A stretch of 64,000 nucleotides of DNA from an uncultured Candidatus Saccharibacteria bacterium (GCA_964552475.1 CAZKFZ010000002.1:5316-69315); one strand, 5' to 3'; shown: positions 1-10,410, numbered from the stretch's first letter. Notes: generated from the sequence alone by a model not told the origin. Made by a program: numbers and translations.

Positions 1-144
1 ATAAACTACGTGAAATCATCGAGGCTCTCAGAGTTTCTTAAAAAATAATATGCTCCAAGCCGTAATCAGTTTGGAGCCCTACCAGATATTTTGAAAATTC
101 GATATATATGGCGGGAAAGACCCGGTTAGTACCTACCTATATAG

Positions 145-360
145 GTGAAAATGACTAAAAGTAAGAAAAAGGGTCGTCGAAAGCGACAAGAAAATGCCCT
201 AAGGGGTCTAGATGCTGAGGCTAGAGAATACGAAGAAAGTACTGGCTATTCGATGGATGAGGGTACCTTTACCCCACGTTTTCAGCGAGTTGCACGCGAA
301 CGTAGCACGCTCAGACTTCGCCTCAATTTAAATACAGTCGAACTAAACAACAAACGATAG
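145..360 (+). CDS. hypothetical small basic protein (71 aa)
   Basis: ORF from the track. N-terminus is Lys/Arg-rich. No motif recognised. Confidence 0.3.
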   Translation: MKMTKSKKKGRRKRQENALRGLDAEAREYEESTGYSMDEGTFTPRFQRVARERSTLRLRLNLNTVELNNKR

Positions 361-363
361 AGT

Positions 364-954
364 TTGGTAAAAAATATAAATACACCCCAAGATAATTTGT
401 CTTGGGGTTTCAATTTACAGTTGAATAATATCGCTAAGTTTGCTAATGTTTTTAGAAGCTCTCTAAAAAGAGAAAGAACCTACGGTGAAAGGCTTATAGT
501 GGCGCAATTAGTAAAGGGAATTTATGCTGATGCTAAGAGTAAACTATATGTAGCTCCACCATTCGGCCTGCAACATGATCAATGGCGATCACAGAGCAAC
601 CGAATTGTTATGCAGGCACATTGGTACAATGCTAATGGTTTTTGGCTGGGCTCTGGAGATATAGCCGCTTACGATCTTGTGGTAGTAAGTAAACAAATAT
701 TGTCAAGTGAACTTTTTGTGGTTATTGCAGAGGAAAGTCTCAGGAGATATAACCTCCATGTAGGCAAAGATTTAGACATAAAGCTCATCTCTCAAATTGC
801 AAAATATGTAGTTGCTTTAGAAAAAATCTTCACTAATAGCGCTGTGGCTCCTAATGGTCAAGATTTGAAAATTGAAGGATATGGTGATGCAGAAGTGGTT
901 GATCCTGATGAAATATTAGAAATGATGCGATCTTATAGAATTGTGAATTGTTAG
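364..954 (+). CDS. hypothetical protein (196 aa)
   Basis: ORF 4 nt after the previous stop, same strand. No recognisable motif. Confidence 0.4.
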   Translation: MVKNINTPQDNLSWGFNLQLNNIAKFANVFRSSLKRERTYGERLIVAQLVKGIYADAKSKLYVAPPFGLQHDQWRSQSNRIVMQAHWYNANGFWLGSGDIAAYDLVVVSKQILSSELFVVIAEESLRRYNLHVGKDLDIKLISQIAKYVVALEKIFTNSAVAPNGQDLKIEGYGDAEVVDPDEILEMMRSYRIVNC

Positions 955-959
955 ACACA

Positions 960-3900
960 TCACTTAGCTTCAACTTTTGTTGGAGCTTTTTTAATTTCGA
1001 TATTGTTTTGGCCTACAATTTTATTAAGTTTGCTCAAAAAATCATCATTACATTCTACGCCACCTGGTATTTTGAGTTGTTGATTTTGGCCACTAAATTG
1101 CAGTAACACGCTCGTAGAGCCTGGGTGGGATTGTAGTATTTTCTTGATACCCAAAAGTTTTTCACTTTCTGTAGCTGACTCTAATGTTATAACTATCTTT
1201 ATTACATCTGCGTTCTTATTGCTGTTGACCTTCTCTGCTTGATCGTCAATATTACCCATAATGGTTTGATTGGGTGGCGGAAAATGTTTAGCAGTTTGAT
1301 GATTAATAAGCTTAGCTTGATTAGCTATAACTTTTAAGTCATCACTGGGATTGCCATCTCTATCTCTGGCATTTATCTTACCTTTAACTTCCAAAACATT
1401 ATCGAGCGCCCAAATAGCTTTGTCTTTCTCAAAAACTCTAGGAAAAACTATTACTTCTACATCACCGTGGATCGTCTCTAATTGTACAAAGGCCATAGGG
1501 TCGTTATTACGAGTATATATTTGCCGTAAACCTATTACGATACCTCCAATCGTGATTGGTTTGGAGTCGTCACTTTTACTAAAGTTTTTTATATTTTGAG
1601 TTTTAGAGTTAAGGTAATTATTAAAGTCATCTAGAGGGTGAGAGCTAATAAAGAGGCCAAGCAACTCTCTTTCCCACATAAGATGTGTGCGGGGGTCTGT
1701 TTTGTCTTTGGGTGCCACAAGTGCTAGTGGCGGACTTTCTTGATCCATTCCAATACTACCAAAAATATCTACCTGACCACTTAGGGCATTTTTTTGCACT
1801 CGCGATGCATAGCTTGTAATAATTTCTACATTGTTTAAAAGTATATCTCTATCGCCAAGGCCATCAAAAGCACCACACTTTATGAGTGATTCCATTACCT
1901 TTTTATTTACCACGGTAGCCTCTACTCTGCTGCAAAAATCTTCTAGGTTTTTAAATTTTCCTCCATCACTTCTGGCTTCTAAAATTTTCTCTATGGGACC
2001 TAAACCAACATTTTTTACCGCCCCTAACCCAAACCTAATATTTTGGGTATCTGGAACAACCGCAAATTCTGCAAAACTCTCATTAATATCTGGCGCCAGT
2101 AGTTCGAGCCCCATCTTTCGACACTCAGACACCTCAATAGCGATTCTGTCTAAGTTTTCATGATCACTTGTCATGAGAGCAGCCATAAATGCAGCCGGAT
2201 AATGAGCTTTTAGGTAGGCTGTTTGTACAGCAATAAGACCATAACAAGCAGCGTGACTTTTATTAAAACTGTAGGCGGCAAAATCTTCTAAACTTTTCCA
2301 AAGATCTTCAACAAACTTCTGGTCTACTTGAGAAGTTTCAATAGCTCCTTCTATAAATTCTTGCTTCATTTTAGCCAAAACCTCTGGTATTTTTTTACCA
2401 ATACCCTTCCGCAATGTATCGGCTTGACCGCCAGTAAAACCACAAAGATCTTTGGCGATTTGCATTACTTGTTCTTGATATACAATTATCCCGTAGGTCT
2501 CTTGCAGGGCAGATTGCATTTTAGGATGGCCATAAGCAATTAGGTCTGGATTGTGTTTGCGATTAATAAAGTCTTCTATCCATTGCATAGGGCCGGGTCT
2601 GTACAATGCGCCCATAGCAACTATATCTTCAAATTTATCAGGCTTGAGCTCGCGTAAATAACGTTTCATACCTGCAGACTCTAGCTGGAAAACTCCAGTC
2701 GTATCTCCCCTACTCATCAACTCGTAGGTTTTTATGTCGTCTATTGGAATATCGGTAACTTTTAGATCGATATTGTATACTCTTTTCAATATTCTAAGAG
2801 TGTTTTTTATTATAGTAAGGTTGGATAGACCAAGAAAATCAAATTTGAGTAAACCTAAATCTTCAACCGGATTCATAGAATATTGTGTTGCTATACCACC
2901 CTTACTAGCCCGTACTAGAGGTACGTACTCTACAAGGTTTTCTGGGGCAATTACAACTCCGGCAGCATGGGTACCAGCGTTTCTAATAGTGCCTTCTAGT
3001 TTTGTGGCAATATCAATAACTTGTTTGGCTTTTGGATTCGTTTGATATTCGGCCTTTAGTTCGGGATTATCAACGATTGATTTTTCGAGTGGTATATGTC
3101 GACCTTGTACGGGCGCCGGTATGAGCTTAGCGATAGCATCTACCTCGCCATAAGGCATGTCTAATACCCTTCCGGTGTCTCTCACGGCATTGCGCGCTGC
3201 CATTGTGCCGAAAGTAATAATTTGTGCTACCCTATCTTGTCCGTATTTTTGTGTAGCATAATTTATTACCTCTTCTCTACGGTCGTCGGCATAATCCATA
3301 TCGATATCTGGCATACTAATACGATCTGGATTTAGAAACCTCTCAAAGAGTAAATCGTATTTTAATGGATCTATCTCGGTAATATTGGTGACATAAGCAA
3401 TAATACTACCGGCCGCGCTACCACGTCCTGGTCCACAAATAATACCTTGGCTTTTACTCCAGTTAATAAGATCTGCAACTATAAGCATGTAACCCTCGTA
3501 GCCCATATCTGCAATCACCTCTAGCTCATACTCAATACGCTCCAGTACATTGCTTGGTAACTTTTCCACCACCTTATCTTCGGTAATTTCTAACAAATCT
3601 TCTTTTAGGACATCAGTGTATCGATTGGCGGCGCCGCTAAATACTAATTTACGTAGATAACTTCTTTCAGTCTCACCTTCTGGTAAATCAGGGAATCGTG
3701 GTATAAGTATGCGACCTAGTTCTATTTCTAAATCACACATTTGTGCAATCTTAACAGTATTAGCTATTGCCTCGGGATGATCGCTAAATTTTTCTAGCAT
3801 ATCTGCGCCGGAATGAATGCTGAGGTCTTGGTCTAGTTTAAATCTATTGGGGTCTTCAATTGTGCTACCTGTCTGTACGCAAAGTAAAATATCGTGCGGG

Positions 3901-4610
3901 TAGTGATCTTCTGGTTTGGTGTAGTGGGCATCACCAGTTACAACCAGCTGCAGGTCGAGTTCTTTACTGAGTTTTTTTAAACCATTGTTAACCTTTACTT
4001 GGGGTTCCCAGTCCAGGTGTGGTTGCATTTCTAAATAGTACCTATCGCGACCAAATATATCTTTATAGATTTGAGCAACTTTTTTAGCCTCTTTGTAGTT
4101 GTCGTTGTTGAGATGAGACCCTACCTCGCCACCAATACACCCAGATAGACAAATTATACCTTCATTGTATTTTTTTAATAGGTCGTGGTCTATACGGGGT
4201 TTGTAATAAAAACCCTCAAGGTTTGCTATAGTGCTAAGCTTCATTAGGTTTTTATAGCCAATAATATTTTGAGCTAACAAAATAAGGTGAAATGGATTTC
4301 GGTCTTCGGCACTATTTTTATCTAGATAAGTTCTAGGTGCTATATATGCTTCTATACCAATTATTGGCTTAATGTCTCTTTCTTTGCACGACTTGTAAAA
4401 TTCTATCGCACCAGACAAACTTCCGTGGTCGGTAATTGCGCAAGCTGTCTGACCCAACTCTTGTACATAATTTAGTAGAGAAGGTACTTTTTGCAGTCCG
4501 TCTAGTAAGCTATAGTGGGTGTGATTGTGTAAATGTACAAAATCAACAAAGCCCTTAGAATTACGGGCTTTGGTTATTATCGGATTAAGATTGTCTACAT
4601 TTACACTCAC
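960..4610 (-). CDS. dnaE: DNA polymerase III alpha subunit
   Basis: 1216 aa. N-terminal PHP domain (HLHNHTHYSLLDG ... AITDHGSLSG). Polymerase core and OB-fold follow with DnaE-typical order and length. Confidence 0.95.
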   Translation of the reverse strand: MSVNVDNLNPIITKARNSKGFVDFVHLHNHTHYSLLDGLQKVPSLLNYVQELGQTACAITDHGSLSGAIEFYKSCKERDIKPIIGIEAYIAPRTYLDKNSAEDRNPFHLILLAQNIIGYKNLMKLSTIANLEGFYYKPRIDHDLLKKYNEGIICLSGCIGGEVGSHLNNDNYKEAKKVAQIYKDIFGRDRYYLEMQPHLDWEPQVKVNNGLKKLSKELDLQLVVTGDAHYTKPEDHYPHDILLCVQTGSTIEDPNRFKLDQDLSIHSGADMLEKFSDHPEAIANTVKIAQMCDLEIELGRILIPRFPDLPEGETERSYLRKLVFSGAANRYTDVLKEDLLEITEDKVVEKLPSNVLERIEYELEVIADMGYEGYMLIVADLINWSKSQGIICGPGRGSAAGSIIAYVTNITEIDPLKYDLLFERFLNPDRISMPDIDMDYADDRREEVINYATQKYGQDRVAQIITFGTMAARNAVRDTGRVLDMPYGEVDAIAKLIPAPVQGRHIPLEKSIVDNPELKAEYQTNPKAKQVIDIATKLEGTIRNAGTHAAGVVIAPENLVEYVPLVRASKGGIATQYSMNPVEDLGLLKFDFLGLSNLTIIKNTLRILKRVYNIDLKVTDIPIDDIKTYELMSRGDTTGVFQLESAGMKRYLRELKPDKFEDIVAMGALYRPGPMQWIEDFINRKHNPDLIAYGHPKMQSALQETYGIIVYQEQVMQIAKDLCGFTGGQADTLRKGIGKKIPEVLAKMKQEFIEGAIETSQVDQKFVEDLWKSLEDFAAYSFNKSHAACYGLIAVQTAYLKAHYPAAFMAALMTSDHENLDRIAIEVSECRKMGLELLAPDINESFAEFAVVPDTQNIRFGLGAVKNVGLGPIEKILEARSDGGKFKNLEDFCSRVEATVVNKKVMESLIKCGAFDGLGDRDILLNNVEIITSYASRVQKNALSGQVDIFGSIGMDQESPPLALVAPKDKTDPRTHLMWERELLGLFISSHPLDDFNNYLNSKTQNIKNFSKSDDSKPITIGGIVIGLRQIYTRNNDPMAFVQLETIHGDVEVIVFPRVFEKDKAIWALDNVLEVKGKINARDRDGNPSDDLKVIANQAKLINHQTAKHFPPPNQTIMGNIDDQAEKVNSNKNADVIKIVITLESATESEKLLGIKKILQSHPGSTSVLLQFSGQNQQLKIPGGVECNDDFLSKLNKIVGQNNIEIKKAPTKVEAK

Positions 4611-4675
4611 AACTTTAACTCACCTCTTAGTCTTCTAAGTTGTATTATATCAGTTTTAAAATACTTGCGTTTTGA

Positions 4676-4924
4676 CTACTGAAGATTGGCAGCTTCACCA
4701 ATACTTCTAACAAACTCACCAATTAGTGGTAGTCCGCCAAGTCTTGAAACTAAAAAGCCAATTAGTAGAATTGCAATAGCCGCGCCTATAACACCCCCAA
4801 ACCCTCTCAACATCCCAACCTTAATGTTAAGCCAAGTTAACTTTCTTTGATTAGCCAGTAATTCATTTACGTGGTCTAGTCCGATTGTGTCGACAATCTT
4901 GTGTGATTTAGGGGTTTTGGACAT
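4676..4924 (-). CDS. small membrane protein (82 aa, one C-terminal TM helix)
   Basis: Hydrophobic stretch GGVIGAAIAILLIGFLVSRLGG. Abuts the YtxH-like gene. Confidence 0.5.
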   Translation of the reverse strand: MSKTPKSHKIVDTIGLDHVNELLANQRKLTWLNIKVGMLRGFGGVIGAAIAILLIGFLVSRLGGLPLIGEFVRSIGEAANLQ

Positions 4925-5431
4925 CTATTTTTTATCGGTAGGTTTCTTATTACTAGAGTAGTCTTTTTTAGCTCTTTCTTTGGCGGCCTTGGTTTTTAGT
5001 CTGCTTACTTCTTTTTGGCTCTGTTTAACAACTTTCTTAGTGCTCTTGGCAAGCTCAGATGTGAGATCTGCGGCTTTTTTAGCTAAGGCCTTGGCTTCTT
5101 CGGCGGTTACTTTACCTACTTTTTTACCACTTTTAGCTATCTCGTTACTTTGGCGCTCTAGTTGACGTTTTATATCTTCGGCTTTTTTTAAAAGTTCTTT
5201 AGTTTGATCACTTCCGGATTTTTGGGCTTCTTGTGCTTTATGGTTGAGTTCAGTATAGGCATCGTCTAGCTTACGCTTAATATCTTCTCTCGTTTCTTTA
5301 CCTGACTTAGGAGCATAGAGTAGTGCAGTGGCGCCACCTATAATACCCCCAATAATTACACCTTTAAAGAAGCCTTTTTTGTTGTCTTCGTTATTCATCG
5401 CTTTTGGCTTTCTTGGCTTTACTGCGCCCAT
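4925..5431 (-). CDS. YtxH-family protein (general stress-type, coiled-coil)
   Basis: N-terminal motif GVIIGGIIGGATALLYAPKSGKETREDI followed by Lys/Glu/Ala-rich coiled coil. True start is probably the internal Met (MNNEDNKK, about 5398), which reduces the overlap with the upstream gene. Confidence 0.7.
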   Translation of the reverse strand: MGAVKPRKPKAMNNEDNKKGFFKGVIIGGIIGGATALLYAPKSGKETREDIKRKLDDAYTELNHKAQEAQKSGSDQTKELLKKAEDIKRQLERQSNEIAKSGKKVGKVTAEEAKALAKKAADLTSELAKSTKKVVKQSQKEVSRLKTKAAKERAKKDYSSNKKPTDKK

Positions 5432-5660
5432 GCAAGTACTTTTCTATCATCATGGCAATAATACCAGGGTTAACTACGGTACGTCGTACTTCGTCTACTA
5501 GTTCAGTGGCTGAGTCGGCACTTTCTTGAACCTTTTCGGCAGCCAGCCGTATCTGCTTGAGTGCCTTAACCATTATCACCAAAAATACTACCGTATATAC
5601 AATTAAAATTATTAGTGCGATCGATGTAACAATTAATAGAGCTATTTCTACGCCATTCAT
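5391..5660 (-). CDS. DUF948-like membrane protein (89 aa)
   Basis: N-terminal TM helix then charged helix. DUF948 is commonly adjacent to YtxH genes. Confidence 0.55.
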   Translation of the reverse strand: MNGVEIALLIVTSIALIILIVYTVVFLVIMVKALKQIRLAAEKVQESADSATELVDEVRRTVVNPGIIAMMIEKYLHGRSKAKKAKSDE

Positions 5661-6280
5661 GATTTTTTGCCTTTCGTAAGTTTATGCTTTATTACTTTTA
5701 TTATATCACTTCTTTTAAGATGCGAAATAGTTATTTCGTCGCGCTCTAAAAGCGTCCACTCGTTTTTATCAACTACTGAGTTGGGTACTATATGTAAGTC
5801 GCCCTTGTTGTCTATAAGTCGAGTCTTCTTGGTGTCCATTTCTACTATATAGCCTTCTTGACGCATATCGCTATCACCCACAATTACTTTATCACCCACT
5901 CTAAAATCGTGATCGTTAGCTAATTGAATACCCGAGACCAAATCTGAAACCGTCTGTGTAAAGCCTTGGGATATACCTATAGAAAGCGCGGCAATAAAAC
6001 CTGTAAGTGCAAAGGCAATGTTTGTGAGCCCAAGTATTTGTAATATTCCAATAGCAAGCAGGGCCCACAATCCACCGCGAGCCAAAATTATCAAGATCTC
6101 TTTTAACCCGAGTGAAATATGAAAGTAGTCAATAAATCTAGACAGCAATCTCATTAATAGTCTAACCACTAAAATACCGATAACTACAAAAACTATACCT
6201 CGTCCAATTCGGGGCAAAGCCTGTACAATGGATTGCCACATTTCATTAAAGCTACTTAACAAATCAGACTCGAACAGCAT
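5657..6280 (-). CDS. small-conductance mechanosensitive channel (MscS family, short form)
   Basis: Three N-terminal TM helices followed by the MscS beta-domain region (DHDFRVGDKVIVGD ... GYIVEMDTKKTRL). Confidence 0.7.
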   Translation of the reverse strand: MLFESDLLSSFNEMWQSIVQALPRIGRGIVFVVIGILVVRLLMRLLSRFIDYFHISLGLKEILIILARGGLWALLAIGILQILGLTNIAFALTGFIAALSIGISQGFTQTVSDLVSGIQLANDHDFRVGDKVIVGDSDMRQEGYIVEMDTKKTRLIDNKGDLHIVPNSVVDKNEWTLLERDEITISHLKRSDIIKVIKHKLTKGKKS

Positions 6281-6312
6281 TACCTATAACTTTCTTGATT
6301 AAGATTACTAAT

Positions 6313-7758
6313 TTAGACAGATTGTTCTTCTAATAATTTAAGCACAAGCTCGTTGGCTTTGCCAGGGTTTGCCTGCCCTTTTGTAGCCTGCATTACTTGC
6401 CCCACAAAGAAGCCTGCTGCTTTGGCATTACCGTTTCGATAGTCAGCCAAAGCATTTGGGTTTTTTGAAATCAAATCGCGCACAATACTCTCTAGTTCTG
6501 TGTTATCGGAAATCTGTACAAGTCCTTGTTGCTCTACAATTTGCTTTGGCCGAGAGCCGTCAATCACATTTGCAAAAATACTCTTGGCGGTCTTAGACGA
6601 TATATCACCTTTTTGGATTAATTCAATAAGCTCAGCCAGATTTTCGCCAGTCAGTTTTGAGCTTTCTTCGCTATTTTCTGAAATCCAAGCCTGGTAGTCG
6701 CCAGTAAGCCAATTGATAATTTTTTTGTCTTTCTCAGGCTTGTTGCCAAGTAGCTTACTTGCCTTAAAAAATATTTTTCCAGTTGTATTTTGACTTACAA
6801 AAATATCTTGAGAATCTACATTAATACCAAGTTCAACAAGGTTTCTTCTTATTTGAATAGGCATTACTAAATCTGTTAAATGCGACTGTATATCTTCTAC
6901 AAATTCTGGCTTTAGTTTGAGTGGTGGGATATCTGGCTCTGGAAAATAGCGGTAATCATGCGCATGTTCTTTCCCGCGTTGGCTAAAAGTTTTACCTTTG
7001 CCATCATCCCAACCACGTGTTTCTTGGTCGACTTTTCCACCCGATTCGATAACCTCAATTTGTCGCTTGATTTCATAAGTTAGAGCGCGCTCAGCATTTC
7101 TAAAAGAATTGAGATTTTTTAGTTCCGTGCGAGTACCAAGCTCATCGTTATTACTTACTGAAATATTTAAATCAAACTTAAAATTACCATGTTGTAAGTC
7201 GCCATGAGTAACTCCAAGGGTGGTGGCGATTGCATAAACCTCTTGCAGGTACCTTTTTGCTTCAATTGGCGAATGCATTTCTGGCTCGCTGACTATTTCA
7301 ATAAGTGGTGTACCAGCTCTATTAAAGTCAACCAAGCTATAGTCTTTACCTACGGGATGGGTGAGTTTTCCGGCATCTTCTTCTAGATGTGCATGGTGAA
7401 TACCAATTTTTCTAAACTCTCCATCTACTAGAATTTCTACATAACCTTTTTGAATGATTGGTTCCTCCATTTGGGTTATTTGATAACCCTTGGGCGAGTC
7501 AGGATAAAAATAGTTTTTTCTATCAAAGCTAGTATTTTCGGCAATTTTGGCGTTTAGGCCCTTGCCTAGCTTTATGGCTAACTCTACCGCACCTTTATTG
7601 GGTACTGGTAAGACACCTGGTAGTGCTAAGCAAACTGGGCAAATATTAGTGTTGGGTTCTGACCCTACACTATGGTTGTCGCACGCACAAAACATTTTAC
7701 TTTTAGTAGCAAGCTGAGTGTGAATTTCTATTCCGATAGTTGGAGTATATTTTGTCAT
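6313..7758 (-). CDS. gatB: Asp-tRNA(Asn)/Glu-tRNA(Gln) amidotransferase subunit B
   Basis: N-terminus TIGIEIHTQL ... MFCACDN ... NICPVCLALPG and C-terminal GatB/YqeY domain. 481 aa. Confidence 0.95.
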   Translation of the reverse strand: MTKYTPTIGIEIHTQLATKSKMFCACDNHSVGSEPNTNICPVCLALPGVLPVPNKGAVELAIKLGKGLNAKIAENTSFDRKNYFYPDSPKGYQITQMEEPIIQKGYVEILVDGEFRKIGIHHAHLEEDAGKLTHPVGKDYSLVDFNRAGTPLIEIVSEPEMHSPIEAKRYLQEVYAIATTLGVTHGDLQHGNFKFDLNISVSNNDELGTRTELKNLNSFRNAERALTYEIKRQIEVIESGGKVDQETRGWDDGKGKTFSQRGKEHAHDYRYFPEPDIPPLKLKPEFVEDIQSHLTDLVMPIQIRRNLVELGINVDSQDIFVSQNTTGKIFFKASKLLGNKPEKDKKIINWLTGDYQAWISENSEESSKLTGENLAELIELIQKGDISSKTAKSIFANVIDGSRPKQIVEQQGLVQISDNTELESIVRDLISKNPNALADYRNGNAKAAGFFVGQVMQATKGQANPGKANELVLKLLEEQSV

Positions 7759-7762
7759 AGAT

Positions 7763-8251
7763 TTAACCTATAGGTACCCCTAGCTCTTCAATAGCCTTGC
7801 CAAGAGTTTCAATGGCATTTTTAACTTGGTTTGGCACAATATCGTGCTCTACCTCGTGAGCTAACTGGTTGCGTAATTTGTGAGCACCCCAAATAGCATT
7901 GATGTTGGTAAACGCTCCACCACCACTTTTTAGCCTGTCGCCCATAGTTTCTCCAGAAAAACCTTGTGAAACCATCACGTAATCTAATAATTTATCTGCC
8001 TCGTAAAGCGCATTTTTAAGCCCACTTGCTCCATTATTTTGCATAGCAACTATCTCGGCCCATTTAGTTTTAACCAAGTCTTTATTGACACTTGCAGTAT
8101 TAGTGTCTTCCGATCCTGACCGGTCTATTTGTTGAGCATCAAAATTACGATTTTTGTTGGGTGATTTATTGGCGCGAGTCTTTAAAAAATAGTAACCAAT
8201 AGCAGTAAAAACAACAACTGCTACGATAACCGATACTAAAGATGAAGTCAT
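7763..8251 (-). CDS. membrane-anchored hypothetical protein inserted between gatA and gatB (162 aa)
   Basis: N-terminal TM helix. C-terminal helical region with an R-x4-H-E-x3-H motif (HKLRNQLAHEVEHD). Start overlaps the gatA stop by 4 nt. Confidence 0.6.
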   Translation of the reverse strand: MTSSLVSVIVAVVVFTAIGYYFLKTRANKSPNKNRNFDAQQIDRSGSEDTNTASVNKDLVKTKWAEIVAMQNNGASGLKNALYEADKLLDYVMVSQGFSGETMGDRLKSGGGAFTNINAIWGAHKLRNQLAHEVEHDIVPNQVKNAIETLGKAIEELGVPIG

Positions 8252-9678
8252 AGTTTAATCTCCTCTAATTTTAAATGCCAACTTGTTTTCGACTGAAACT
8301 CACTCGCCAGAGCTAAGACCTTTTTGTCTGCTTTTTGTTGACCGATTATTTGAATACCCAGAGGCATATTAGTCTCGCTATCTATGCCGGCTGGAATACT
8401 TATAGCTGGTAAGCCGGCAAGATTTGCGGTTACGGTAAGTAGATCGGTCTTGTACATCTCTAACGGATCACTTTTAGCTCCAAACTCAAAGGCCGGCTGG
8501 AAAGTAGTGGGCATCACTATGAGATCGCAGTCTTTAAATATTTTGTCAAACTGTTCACAGACGAGTTGTCGCACCTGCATAGCTTTTTTGTAGTAGGCAT
8601 CATAATAACCAGAAGAAAGTGCATAAGTACCTATTAAGATACGGCGCTTAACTTCATCTCCTAAAAATTCTGCACGGGTTTTAGAATAAAGTTCAGAAGT
8701 ATTTTTCGCGACTTTATTAACCTGGCCATAGCGAATGCCATCGTATCTTTCTAGATTGGAACTAATTTCTGAAGGCACTAAAACATAGTATGCACTCAAA
8801 GCCAAAACGCTATCAACCATCTCTATTTCGCTCGCTTCAATATCTAGAGTGTTGGTCAACTCTTTTACTGTTGTTTGTTTTATGTAGTCCTTTGGGATAC
8901 CAATTCTCATGCTATTTACGGCAGAGTGATCTTCTGACGCATTTAGTGTGCTTAGTGTAGTGGCGTCCATTGGGTCTTGCCCAGAAATAACGTCTAGAAC
9001 AATTTGAGCATCGTCAGCTGACCTAGTAATTGGACCAATACAATCAAAGCTACTTGCCATTGCAATGACACCATATCTACTAACTCTACCATAGGTTGGC
9101 TTTAAGCCTGTTACTCCACAAAAAGCCGCTGGCTCTCGAATAGATCCACCGGTGTCGGTGCCGAGGCTAAAAACACAATAGTCTGCTGCTACTGCTGCAG
9201 CGCTACCACCACTACTACCGCCAGGAACTCTATTGATGTTCCAGGGGTTGGTGGTTTTAGCAAAGCTAGAGTTTTCGGTACTACCGCCGTGGGCAAATTC
9301 ATCTTGGTTGGTTTTGGCAAGTAGAATAGCTCCGGCCTCGTTTAGACTATTAATGACTGTTGCAGAATATGGAGGTATATAGCCTTTAAGTATTTGGCTA
9401 GCTGCAGTAGTCTGTACTCCTTTGGTAGAAAACATGTCTTTAGCTGTATACGGTATGCCTTCGAGCAAACCAATCTCTTCGCCAGCAGCAATCTTGTCGT
9501 CAATCTTTTTGGCTTGTACATTTGCATCGTCGCCACACAACGTAATAACTGCTTTGATCTGCGGCTCATGCTTTTCAATTCTGTCGAGGTAATATTTTAC
9601 GAGATCAACACAACTCACCCTTTTTGTTATTAATAGTTCGTGAGCTTGTCTTATGGATAAAAGCGACAAATTAGTCAT
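8248..9678 (-). CDS. gatA: Glu-tRNA(Gln) amidotransferase subunit A
   Basis: Amidase signature GGSSGGSAAAVAA. 476 aa. Lies between gatC and gatB. Confidence 0.95.
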   Translation of the reverse strand: MTNLSLLSIRQAHELLITKRVSCVDLVKYYLDRIEKHEPQIKAVITLCGDDANVQAKKIDDKIAAGEEIGLLEGIPYTAKDMFSTKGVQTTAASQILKGYIPPYSATVINSLNEAGAILLAKTNQDEFAHGGSTENSSFAKTTNPWNINRVPGGSSGGSAAAVAADYCVFSLGTDTGGSIREPAAFCGVTGLKPTYGRVSRYGVIAMASSFDCIGPITRSADDAQIVLDVISGQDPMDATTLSTLNASEDHSAVNSMRIGIPKDYIKQTTVKELTNTLDIEASEIEMVDSVLALSAYYVLVPSEISSNLERYDGIRYGQVNKVAKNTSELYSKTRAEFLGDEVKRRILIGTYALSSGYYDAYYKKAMQVRQLVCEQFDKIFKDCDLIVMPTTFQPAFEFGAKSDPLEMYKTDLLTVTANLAGLPAISIPAGIDSETNMPLGIQIIGQQKADKKVLALASEFQSKTSWHLKLEEIKL

Positions 9679-9968
9679 TATAAAACTTTCTTTACTACAA
9701 CGTAACCGTCTTGAGACTTTGGAGCGTTCGACAATAAGTCATCTCTGCTGATTTTGCAATCTACAACTTCATCTTCTCGCCAAACATCGCTTAAACCGGT
9801 AACTTGAGATATTGGCTCAATACTATCTGTATTAATAGCTTGTAAACTGTCTACAAAGCCTAGTATTGCACTTATGTCTGCAGTTGTAGACTCTGTTTTA
9901 TCGTCTTCAATCTCAATACGTGCTAGTGTAGCTACGTATTCTATCTCGTCATTAGTAAGTTTACTCAT
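9678..9968 (-). CDS. gatC: Glu-tRNA(Gln) amidotransferase subunit C
   Basis: 96 aa. Typical GatC N-terminus (LTNDEIEYVATLARIEIEDDK). Immediately upstream of gatA with a 1-nt overlap. Confidence 0.85.
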   Translation of the reverse strand: MSKLTNDEIEYVATLARIEIEDDKTESTTADISAILGFVDSLQAINTDSIEPISQVTGLSDVWREDEVVDCKISRDDLLSNAPKSQDGYVVVKKVL

Positions 9969-10078
9969 AGTGCTATTTTAGCATTCACCAGGTGAAAAGC
10001 CAACTCAATATTGACTTACACAGATATTTTGTTTATAATATTGTAGCTACATAGCTCTAAATTTCCAAGGAGATTCTA

Positions 10079-10399
10079 GTGCCAACAAAGACCTACAAGC
10101 TTGAGATAACAAGATGGAGTAATGTTTGTGACAATGAGTGGGAACCTTTGGCCCCAGAAGTTATTTTCAAAAGAGGATTTCGGTCTCTTGATAATGCAAT
10201 GAAAGCAGCCATACGTAAGGCAAAGAGAGTTGTGGAGTTTGCCTGGGATGAGCCCGGCGATGAATTCCACTTCTTTATACTGGATGATACAACGAAACGG
10301 TGGACTGAACTAAATTTTCCAGATGTTTATGTGACGCAGTGGAGTCCGATGTGGCCTCATAGTAAAAAGGTAGCTGAACATGAAAGATCTAGTAGTTAA
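10079..10399 (+). CDS. hypothetical protein (106 aa), isolated plus-strand gene
   Basis: ORF followed by a strong intrinsic terminator. No motif recognised. Confidence 0.5.
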   Translation: MPTKTYKLEITRWSNVCDNEWEPLAPEVIFKRGFRSLDNAMKAAIRKAKRVVEFAWDEPGDEFHFFILDDTTKRWTELNFPDVYVTQWSPMWPHSKKVAEHERSSS

Positions 10400-10410
10400 A
10401 TAACTATATT

